This document shows, one piece after another, positions 8,880 through 15,938 of a stretch of 64,000 nt of DNA (position 1 is its first letter; every line of letters starts with the position of its first letter). The notes under the pieces were generated by a model. It did not search any database. It worked only from the letters and a program-made list of their open reading frames with translations, and was not told the DNA's origin. The DNA is from a virus. Made by a program: the position numbers and the translations under genes. The DNA lies in IMG/VR virus record IMGVR_UViG_3300003323_001359, positions 1 through 64,000 of that record; one strand, 5' to 3'.

Positions 8880-8915
8880 GCTCGTTCCTCTCATCCATCG
8901 CTCGTTGCTGGTGCA

Positions 8916-8944
8916 ACCGTACCACGTCCGCGGCAACTTGTAAA
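8916..8944 (-). promoter_or_regulatory. Promoter TTTACA-N17-TACGGT
   Basis: Exact spacing, same promoter family. Confidence 0.8.
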
Positions 8945-8969
8945 CACTGAAAGTTGTTGAGAAATACCC

Positions 8970-8999
8970 TGGACAACGCTCGGAGCTGCCTGGTACGGT
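8970..8999 (+). promoter_or_regulatory. Promoter of the tRNA/Y-RNA array, TGGACA-N18-TACGGT
   Basis: Divergent from the 8916 promoter, immediately 5' of the RNA cluster. Confidence 0.6.
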
Positions 9000-9034
9000 T
9001 TCACCATCACCGGTTGAACCCCGGTGGGTAGCAA

Positions 9035-9193
9035 GGGAACCTCCCGGTGCGAACGCACTCGGATACTTCAACCGGAACTCTGGGTTACGGGTTCGAGTCC
9101 CGTCGTCCCGACCTAGGTCGGGACGTGGCTCAACAGGCAGAGCAAGAGTCAGCAAGGACGCCGAGAGCGATCCCTGGTCTCGGGTAGGTTCTC
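9035..9193 (+). ncRNA. Y RNA-like 1 (YrlA-type, permuted tRNA-like domain, Pro-like acceptor)
   Basis: Terminal stem GGGAACCT-CCCG/CGGG-AGGTTCTC; GGTGCG...TACTTC...GGTCT motifs; internal order T arm, loop-closed acceptor (CGGGACG/CGTCCCG), D arm. Confidence 0.8.
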
Positions 9194-9195
9194 GA

Positions 9196-9268
9196 GGGTC
9201 TGTGGCGCAACTGGCAGCGCAGCCGTCTCCAACACGGAAGGTTCCAGGTTCGAGCCCTGGCGGGCCTG
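9196..9268 (+). tRNA. tRNA-Trp(CCA)
   Basis: Cloverleaf; anticodon loop CTCCAAC; T loop TTCGAGC. Confidence 0.9.
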
Positions 9269-9280
9269 CTTAGGAAACGA

Positions 9281-9351
9281 GCCCCACTGGTGTAACGGTA
9301 GCACCTCCGCCCCTCGAGCGGAGAGCGCCGGTTCGATCCCGGCGTGGGGTA
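9281..9351 (+). tRNA. tRNA-Glu(CTC), non-canonical C33/G37
   Basis: GCCCCAC/GTGGGGT acceptor; TCCGC-CCCTCGA-GCGGA. Confidence 0.85.
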
Positions 9352-9502
9352 CGGGGTGTCGGCACGACGGCGAACCCTGCGGAACGGTCCCGGGACCTCA
9401 CCCGCATCAGAGCTCGATGCGTAGCGAGCTTAAGCCAGGGGATGACCCGGCATCGTGCGTAGCGTGGAGAGGGAGGACCCGGTTCGATCCCGGGATGCCG
9501 GC
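9352..9502 (+). ncRNA. Unassigned structured RNA ending in a T arm plus acceptor-like stem
   Basis: CCCGG-TTCGATC-CCGGG followed by ATGCCGG pairing with CCGGCAT (9447-53); several upstream hairpins. Confidence 0.5.
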
Positions 9503-9569
9503 GCGACGTCCCGCACTCTGGGAGCCGGCAGAGGTGGTGTAGCTGGAGCACACCCTCTCAACGCGGCGA

Positions 9570-9644
9570 GGCTGTCTAGCTCAGTCAGGTTAGAGCACCG
9601 CCCTGATAAGGCGGGGGTCGGTGGTTCAAGTCCATCGGCAGCCA
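9570..9644 (+). tRNA. tRNA-Ile(GAT)
   Basis: Cloverleaf; CCGCC-CTGATAA-GGCGG. Confidence 0.92.
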
Positions 9645-9646
9645 CG

Positions 9647-9716
9647 GCGGGAAGTCGGGGGTTCGAGTCCCCTCACCTCCACCTCATGGGGGTGTACCTC
9701 AGCGGCAGAGGACCGC
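9647..9716 (+). ncRNA. Circularly permuted tRNA-Ala-like element (no anticodon loop)
   Basis: GCGG, variable region, T arm (GGGGG-TTCGAGT-CCCCT), CACCTCC-A, linker, GGGGGTG, D arm (CCTC/GAGG), CCGC; G3-U70 and A73 present. Confidence 0.7.
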
Positions 9717-9721
9717 GGCAA

Positions 9722-9793
9722 GCTGGTGTAGCTCAATGGGAGAGCGCTCCCCTGTCCAGGGAGAGGTCGCGGGTTCGATCCCCGTCTCCGGCG
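9722..9793 (+). tRNA. tRNA-Asp(GTC), non-canonical C37
   Basis: CTCCC-CTGTCCA-GGGAG; G73. Confidence 0.88.
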
Positions 9794-9818
9794 CGGGTGG
9801 CGAGTACGACGCCGCCAA

Positions 9819-9938
9819 GTTGAGATCGACAGACCGGGTCCGTCAGGTTCAACTCCTTGGCTGGACGCCGACCGTCTCGTACGCGGTTGAGGGTTCGATT
9901 CCCACCTGGTGGTAGGATCACGGTCGACAGATCTCAAC
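9819..9938 (+). ncRNA. Structured RNA with two T-loops and an anticodon-like hairpin
   Basis: GTTGAGATC/GATCTCAAC stem, GACA/GACA internal loop, GACCG/CGGTC stem; AGG-TTCAACT-CCT, ACCGT-CTCGTAC-GCGGT, GGG-TTCGATT-CCC. Confidence 0.65.
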
Positions 9939-9942
9939 GCTT

Positions 9943-10016
9943 GGCTGCCTAGCTCAGGTTGGCAGAGCGCCCGGTTGAAGCCCGGGAGGTCGCTGGTTCG
10001 AGGCCAGCGGTAGCCA
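9943..10016 (+). tRNA. tRNA-Phe(GAA), G37
   Basis: CCCGG-TTGAAGC-CCGGG; full cloverleaf. Confidence 0.9.
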
Positions 10017-10059
10017 CGAGCTTGACCCGTGCTTGCTGCACACTTGCGCGGTTCAAGCA

Positions 10060-10190
10060 TCACCTCGGTGCGAAGCTGAGCGGGTACTTCCTCGTGGAAT
10101 CGTGGGTTCGAATCCCATCGACCGGCGTGCCGGTCGTTCGCCGCAGCGGCCAAGCGGCATACCCCAACCAGCTGCCAGGTCTCGAGGTGA
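10060..10190 (+). ncRNA. Y RNA-like 2 (YrlA-type)
   Basis: TCACCTCG/CGAGGTGA stem; GTGCG, TACTTC, CAGGTCT; order T arm, closed acceptor, D-like arm. Confidence 0.8.
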
Positions 10191-10201
10191 CCACAACTTC
10201 A

Positions 10202-10349
10202 TCGTCGCGGTGCGCGCGTGAGCGGTTCCTTCACACAACCCTCGCAAGGTTGAGGTGTGGGTTCGAGTCCCACCGACCCCTCGGGGTCGTGGTGTAATCG
10301 GTAGCACGTTACTGAAGACAACACCGCCCATCATCAGGTCTCGCGACGA
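10202..10349 (+). ncRNA. Y RNA-like 3 carrying a complete permuted tRNA (anticodon CGC)
   Basis: TCGTCGCG/CGCGACGA stem; GTGCG, TCCTTC, CAGGTCT; anticodon arm CAACC-CTCGCAA-GGTTG, T arm, closed acceptor, D arm. Confidence 0.8.
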
Positions 10350-10369
10350 CCCACAACTACACACAGGCT

Positions 10370-10455
10370 TCGCCACGGTGCGAAGACCGGCGGATACTTC
10401 AATCGACTGTTAATCGGTAGCGAAACTCCGTCGGTCAGCTCAGGTCTCGTGGTGA
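10370..10455 (+). ncRNA. Y RNA-like 4 carrying only an Asn anticodon stem-loop
   Basis: TCGCCACG/CGTGGTGA stem; GACCGGCGGA/TCCGTCGGTC stem; TACTTC; ATCGA-CTGTTAA-TCGGT. Confidence 0.78.
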
Positions 10456-10457
10456 TC

Positions 10458-10558
10458 TCGTGAGCGACCGGGACGGTGCGCTGACGGACGGCTACTTCAA
10501 CGGCTGATGGTGAACACGCCGCCCGTCGCATCAGGTCTCGTCCCGGCCCAGCTCACGA
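10458..10558 (+). ncRNA. Y RNA-like 5 (minimal scaffold)
   Basis: CCGGGACG/CGTCCCGG stem plus outer TCGTGAGC/GCTCACGA; GTGCG, TACTTC, CAGGTCT. Confidence 0.75.
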
Positions 10559-10561
10559 CCC

Positions 10562-10635
10562 AGCGGGGTAGCGCAGCTCGGTAGCGCGATGGGCTCATAA
10601 CCCACAGGTCGCGGGTTCAAATCCCGTCCCCGCAA
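10562..10635 (+). tRNA. Initiator tRNA-fMet(CAT)
   Basis: 1:72 mismatch, three G-C pairs in the anticodon stem, loop CTCATAA. Confidence 0.92.
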
Positions 10636-10676
10636 CTCGGTCCCACGTTGACAGGCAGGCGACGGGGGACCGCCCA

Positions 10677-10716
10677 CGAGACCCCGATCACGCCCCGACG
10701 CGTGATCGGGGTCTCG
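10677..10716 (+). terminator. Perfect 17-bp hairpin between the RNA array and Ro60
   Basis: CGAGACCCCGATCACGC/GCGTGATCGGGGTCTCG. Confidence 0.65.
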
Positions 10717-10746
10717 CTCTGTCTGACGAGGAAGGAGCTAGGAACG

Positions 10747-12459
10747 ATGGCAGGATTCAACAAGGTGTCGGCTCAGCCGCGACGGCTGGCGGCCAGCGGG
10801 CCGCTGCGCACCGTGAGCGACGTCTCGGACACCGTCACCCACGAGAGCGCTCCCGGCTTCCAGCGCGACGCGCAGTCCGAGCTGTTCCTGCGCGCGACCA
10901 CGCGCTTCGTCGGTGAGAGGGCCTTCTACGAGACCGCGGACGCCGGTACCGACCGGCTGCGTGAGCTCGTGAGCCAGCTCGCCGTCGACGACGAGACGTG
11001 GCCGTGGGTGCGGGTCTTCCTCTCGTGGCTGCGCGGTCCGGGCAACATCCGCACCGCGTCGATCCTGCTCGCCGCGGAGGCCGTGCACTCGCGGCTCGCG
11101 GCCGGCAAGCTGGGAGACGGCAACCGTGAGCTGATCACATCGGTGCTGCAGCGACCGGACGAGCCGGGTGAGATGATCGCCTACTGGCGACACCGGTTCG
11201 GGGTCAAGCGGAGCGACGGCACGATCATCGTCCGCCTGCCGAAGCCGGTCAAGCGCGGCATCGCCGACGCCGCCACGCGGCTCTACGACGAGGCCGCGTT
11301 CCTGCGCTACGACGGCGAGGGCAAGGCGGTCCGGATCGGTGACGTGCTGGAGCTGACCCACGCCGACGTCCGCGTCTCGAGCGAGGAGCGCACCTGGCAA
11401 GACGACGTGTTCCGGTGGGCGATCACCGCGCGTCGAGGCCGCGACGCGGAGCCCCCGGAGTCCCTGACCCGGATCCACCTGCGGCACGTCCTGTCCCGGT
11501 ACGAGCCCGACCAGCGCCACGCGCTCGCGAGGAGCGCGCTCGACGGCAGCCAGGTCTCCCTGGACCTGATCCACGGCGCGATGGCCGGTCAGTGGGAGTG
11601 GCTCAAGCCGTGGCTCGGTGAGCGACCGACCGAGGTGACGCCCCTGACCGACGCCGAGATCTGGCAGCTCGCGCTGCCGACCATGGGGTACATGGCCCTG
11701 CTTCGCAACCTGCGGAACCTGGACCAGGCCGGCGTCCCGGATCCCGTGGTCGCGCCGGTGATCGCGCGCCTCGCCGACCCGGAGCAGGTCGCGAGGAGCC
11801 GTCAGCTGCCGTTCCGGCTCTGGTCCGCGTACCAGGAGGTCTCGTCCCTGCGGTGGGGCCACGCCCTGGAGCAGGCCCTGAACCACTCGCTGCGGAACGT
11901 GCCGGTCCTCGATGGCCGGACGCTCGTGCTCGTCGACGTCTCGGACTCGATGACGTGGGGCAAGCTGTCCGGGAGCTCCAAGATGGACTACGCGACCGCG
12001 GCCGCGATCTTCGGTCTCGCGCTGAAGATCCGCAACCCGGGAGGCGTCGACCTGTGGGGCTTCGCGAACCAGCAGTTCCACGTCACCGGCGTCGACGCCG
12101 GCTCGAGCCTGCTTCGGATGGTTGAGGCGTTCCGTCGGCAGCAGGGACGGGTCGGCGGCGGCACCGAGATCGCCCGGGCGATCCGGGAGACGCTGCGAGA
12201 CGACCACGCCCGCGTGATCATCCTCACCGACATGCAGACGTTCGGTGGGAACCACTGGCAGGTCGGTGACGTCGACACCGCCGCGCCGCGGGACATCCCG
12301 ATCTACGCGTTCAACGTCGCCGGCTACAAGAGCTCGGCGATGCCGGTTCAGCTGGGCAACAACCGTCACGAGCTCGGTGGCCTCACTGACGCGACGTTCG
12401 GCCTGATCCGGATCCTTGAGGCTGGGCAGGCAGGGCGGTGGCCGTGGGAGCTGAGCTGA
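10747..12459 (+). CDS. Ro60/TROVE-domain RNA-binding protein with C-terminal vWA domain
   Basis: RDAQSELF, LQRPDEPGE, PKPVKRGIADA, DVLELTH, MGYMALLRNLRN, SRQLPFR, vWA MIDAS DVSDSM, GGTEI, IILTDMQ; ATG 10747 after GAAGGAG. Confidence 0.93.
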   Translation: MAGFNKVSAQPRRLAASGPLRTVSDVSDTVTHESAPGFQRDAQSELFLRATTRFVGERAFYETADAGTDRLRELVSQLAVDDETWPWVRVFLSWLRGPGNIRTASILLAAEAVHSRLAAGKLGDGNRELITSVLQRPDEPGEMIAYWRHRFGVKRSDGTIIVRLPKPVKRGIADAATRLYDEAAFLRYDGEGKAVRIGDVLELTHADVRVSSEERTWQDDVFRWAITARRGRDAEPPESLTRIHLRHVLSRYEPDQRHALARSALDGSQVSLDLIHGAMAGQWEWLKPWLGERPTEVTPLTDAEIWQLALPTMGYMALLRNLRNLDQAGVPDPVVAPVIARLADPEQVARSRQLPFRLWSAYQEVSSLRWGHALEQALNHSLRNVPVLDGRTLVLVDVSDSMTWGKLSGSSKMDYATAAAIFGLALKIRNPGGVDLWGFANQQFHVTGVDAGSSLLRMVEAFRRQQGRVGGGTEIARAIRETLRDDHARVIILTDMQTFGGNHWQVGDVDTAAPRDIPIYAFNVAGYKSSAMPVQLGNNRHELGGLTDATFGLIRILEAGQAGRWPWELS

Positions 12460-12638
12460 GGTGCACGGTCTGGTGCGCCGGCGGCTGCTCGTTCCCGAGG
12501 TGCCAGGTGGAGGTTCACCCATCGCTCACCCCGGGACGGCTTGAGGTGGGCCGCCGTCGGTACGGGCGGCGGCGTCGTCGGGGACGGCACCGCCTCGGGT
12601 TCTGGTCGTGGCTCCTGCGACGCGTGAGCCGCTGGTAG
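12438..12638 (+). CDS. Possible small Cys/Arg-rich protein
   Basis: Fills the gap after Ro60; weak support. Confidence 0.3.
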   Translation: MAVGAELRCTVWCAGGCSFPRCQVEVHPSLTPGRLEVGRRRYGRRRRRGRHRLGFWSWLLRRVSRW

Positions 12639-12737
12639 GCGAGCCTCACCACGTAGTATAATAGTTCCAGCGTAGAGATGGTGGGGTCGGGACAGCCCGG
12701 CCCCATCGTCGTATCCGAGGAAAGGAAGCAGGAAGTG

Positions 12738-13190
12738 ATGAGACAACGAGCCTGGCTGTTCGACGTGGACGGCACCCTCGCCCTGCGAAAGCCCGGCGGT
12801 CGCGGCCCCTACGACTGGGACCGCGTCGACGAGGACGAGCCCAACGAGCCCGTGTTCGCGATCGCTCGTTCCCTGCTCGACGCCGGCGATGAGGCGGTGT
12901 TCGCGTCCGGCCGCAACGAAGTGTGCCACTACGACACAACGTGGTTCATCCACAAGCACCTGTGGGACCGGATGAGCTTCGCGACCGTCGCGGCTCACCT
13001 GCATCTCCGACCGGACACCGACGAGTGGCGCTACGCCAAGGACGTTGACCTGAAGCGGTGGCTGTACCGCGACCAGATCGAGCCGCTCTACGAGATCGCC
13101 GGCGTCTTCGATGACCGCGACCAGGTCGTTCGCCTGTGGCGCGAGGAGCTTCAGCTGCCGACGTTTCAGGTATCGAACGGTAACTTCTAG
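12738..13190 (+). CDS. HAD-family polynucleotide 3'-phosphatase (PNKP/PseT C-terminal-like)
   Basis: FDVDGTLA, PYDW, SGR, LHLRP...KDVDLK, VFDDRDQVV, FQV..GNF. Confidence 0.88.
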   Translation: MRQRAWLFDVDGTLALRKPGGRGPYDWDRVDEDEPNEPVFAIARSLLDAGDEAVFASGRNEVCHYDTTWFIHKHLWDRMSFATVAAHLHLRPDTDEWRYAKDVDLKRWLYRDQIEPLYEIAGVFDDRDQVVRLWREELQLPTFQVSNGNF

Positions 13191-13228
13191 CCCGCCGTGG
13201 TTGGTCAGTGCGATGATACTATCGCACC

Positions 13229-13897
13229 ATGGCGGAGCCCGCAAGATCGAACGTCCGCGAGCGCCTGCGCGCGGCCGTCACCAGCGCCGTCGATCTCAAC
13301 GGCCGGCTCGAGACGGTCATCGCGACCGCCACGAGCCGGCTCGGCGGCCGGGGCCACCCCGGTCGGATCGACCACTCGCAGCCACCGTGGAACGCCCCGG
13401 TGGCTCACCTCGTTCTCGAGCTGCACGCCCTGGCGCGCTACCTCGAGAACGACCTCCGAGACCTCGTCGGCATGCGGTGGATCGCTCGCGGCGGTGACGA
13501 CGCCAACACGGTCTTCGCTCTCGAGGCGATCGTGAACCTCGCGGAGGCCGTCACGCAGGATCGCTGGCTTCTCAAGCCGACGCACGATCTCGATGGCTGG
13601 TGCTCGCGCTCGCTCGTCGTTCTCGGTGAGCGGGACGTGCCGCAGCGTCTGCCGCGGAACGTGGGACAGCCGGAGGCCCGGTGTCCCTACTGCGGTTGCC
13701 ACACCCTTCGCTTCTGGTCGAGCCGCGGCGAGGTTCGGTGCGTCAACCCCGCGTGTCGTGATGACGATGACCGTCGGCCAGCCGCGCGCATGGACTACTC
13801 GATCGTCGCTCAGAGCTGGGTGCTCGCCTGGCGAGACGGCACCGTGGGCCTGCCGCAGCCCCGCAATGACATCGACGACGTAGGGATCGCCTCATGA
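13229..13897 (+). CDS. Zn-ribbon protein (putative regulator, leaderless)
   Basis: CPYC...CVNPAC; TACTAT just upstream of the ATG. Confidence 0.65.
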   Translation: MAEPARSNVRERLRAAVTSAVDLNGRLETVIATATSRLGGRGHPGRIDHSQPPWNAPVAHLVLELHALARYLENDLRDLVGMRWIARGGDDANTVFALEAIVNLAEAVTQDRWLLKPTHDLDGWCSRSLVVLGERDVPQRLPRNVGQPEARCPYCGCHTLRFWSSRGEVRCVNPACRDDDDRRPAARMDYSIVAQSWVLAWRDGTVGLPQPRNDIDDVGIAS

Positions 13898-14181
13898 CCG
13901 AACGAGATGCGCCGCGCCGCGGCTGGTCCTCCCGGGACCTGCCCGTCGTTCCCACCCTGGACTCGCGGTACTGGTCCGTGTTCGACGCGGCCAAGCTGCT
14001 CGGTCCGCCGACCCTCACCGAGGACCAGGTTCACAGCCTCATCGAGCTGATCCAGCTGAAGCCGGTCGGCAAGCGCGTCAACGGCTCCCGCCGGCGTCAC
14101 GTCCGGGTCTACCCCGCTCAACGGCTCATCAGGGCGCACGAGAGGATCGCCGCGGAGATCGACGACGACGGTGACGACTGA
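13894..14181 (+). CDS. Putative HTH DNA-binding protein
   Basis: WSVFDAAKLLG...VHSLI...RVYP; ATGA overlap. Confidence 0.6.
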   Translation: MTERDAPRRGWSSRDLPVVPTLDSRYWSVFDAAKLLGPPTLTEDQVHSLIELIQLKPVGKRVNGSRRRHVRVYPAQRLIRAHERIAAEIDDDGDD

Positions 14182-14206
14182 GTTGATATAAGTTGTACCT
14201 CAGGTG

Positions 14207-14235
14207 TTTACTTGATCTTCAAGCGTTGATAGGTT
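14207..14235 (+). promoter_or_regulatory. Promoter TTTACT-N17-TAGGTT
   Basis: Same promoter family, AT-rich intergenic context. Confidence 0.65.
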
Positions 14236-14375
14236 GAGGTCACGCAACCACCGGTTGATGGCAAGCTTGGATGTGACGAGGTATACTATCGCCAAGAGGT
14301 GACCTGTCTCATCAGCCGTTCTCCGGTGGTTGCGGTCAGCGCCCCAGCGCGTCACGCGGTGACGCCCGAGGGTGA

Positions 14376-15104
<729 letters not shown>

Positions 15105-15128
15105 AACCTCCACCGCCCGGAGGAAACA

Positions 15129-15164
15129 CGACAGCCCCATCCGGTTCGCCGGGTGGGGCTGTCG
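15129..15164 (+). terminator. Hairpin with TTCG loop after rpf
   Basis: CGACAGCCCCATCCGG/CCGGGTGGGGCTGTCG. Confidence 0.7.
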
Positions 15165-15190
15165 CACGTCTGAACCACGAGAGGAGACCG

Positions 15191-15739
15191 ATGGCCAGCC
15201 ACGAGGATGAGCAGCTCCTGCTGCCGGTTCCCATCGGCCCCGTGGAGAGCTACGGCCGGATGAGGGACAACGAGGCGGCCCGGCTCAAGGCGCTCGGGTG
15301 GCGGCTCGACCAGATCGCGGAGCGCCTCGAGCTGTGGGTCGGCGGCGAGAGGGAGAACGGCCCCAGCGAGGACCGCGCTGCCGCGGCCATCAAGCGCGCC
15401 ATGGCGCGCGCCGTGCGGTTCGCGACCGACGAGACCCGGGCGCTCGAGCTGCAGAGCTACGACGAGCTCGAGGCCGTGTGCTGGCGCGAGCTGCAGGCCA
15501 ACCCACGGCTCGTGCAGCAGGGCCGGATCATCGTCGACGAGGAGGGCCTGCCGGTCCCCGACAAGCGGCTCCTGATGGAGATCGTCGACCGCATCCTGAA
15601 GATCAAGGAGCGGCGCTCGCGCCTGCTCGGGCTCGACGCGCCCACCCGGGCCGAGATCCTCACCGTCGACAGCGTCGACGCGGAGATCGCGAAGCTCGAG
15701 GCGGAGCTCGCCGAGGCCAAGAAGATCAACCTGCTCTAG
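15191..15739 (+). CDS. Terminase small subunit
   Basis: HTH then VDRILKIKERRSRLLGLDAP; upstream of TerL. Confidence 0.8.
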   Translation: MASHEDEQLLLPVPIGPVESYGRMRDNEAARLKALGWRLDQIAERLELWVGGERENGPSEDRAAAAIKRAMARAVRFATDETRALELQSYDELEAVCWRELQANPRLVQQGRIIVDEEGLPVPDKRLLMEIVDRILKIKERRSRLLGLDAPTRAEILTVDSVDAEIAKLEAELAEAKKINLL

Positions 15740-15867
15740 TCGTCATCGGTCTCTCGCGTCTCGCCGTAGGTCAGGCACTGGTTGTAGACCTCGCCGTCCT
15801 GCTCGTAGTCGTGACCGTACTCCTCGCACGGGGTCAGGTTGTCGAAGCTCGACCAGCTCTCCATCAT
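15736..15867 (-). CDS. Small acidic antisense protein (43 aa)
   Basis: MMESWSSFDNLTPCEEYGHDYEQDGEVYNQCLTYGETRETDDD; RBS GAAGGAG; has its own promoter. Confidence 0.65.
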   Translation of the reverse strand: MMESWSSFDNLTPCEEYGHDYEQDGEVYNQCLTYGETRETDDD

Positions 15868-15893
15868 CCGCTCCTTCCTCGGTTCCTGACGCG

Positions 15894-15922
15894 ATCGTAT
15901 CGCGACTCGACACAATTGTAAA
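15894..15922 (-). promoter_or_regulatory. Promoter TTTACA-N17-TACGAT
   Basis: Same promoter family, antisense within the terminase operon. Confidence 0.75.
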
Positions 15923-15938
15923 CAGGTGGTGACGCGCC

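Noticed and set aside
9352-9502. tmRNA or SRP RNA
   Set aside because: Too short for tmRNA, with no tag ORF or G3-U70 acceptor; no SRP helix-8 consensus seen
9530-9681. tRNA-Ile nested as an intron inside a split tRNA (GAGGTG pairing with CACCTC)
   Set aside because: CACCTCCA pairs better locally with TGGGGGTG in the permuted element, and the upstream segment folds on itself
9270-10531. ORFs called across the tRNA/Y-RNA region
   Set aside because: They overlap clear RNA genes and lack RBS and codon bias
9035-10558. Repeated GGTGCG...CAGGTCTCG units as a CRISPR-like array
   Set aside because: Conserved blocks are only 5-9 nt, spacing is irregular and the flanks co-vary as stems; there is no cas operon, and the Cas4-like gene is an ordinary phage exonuclease in the replication module
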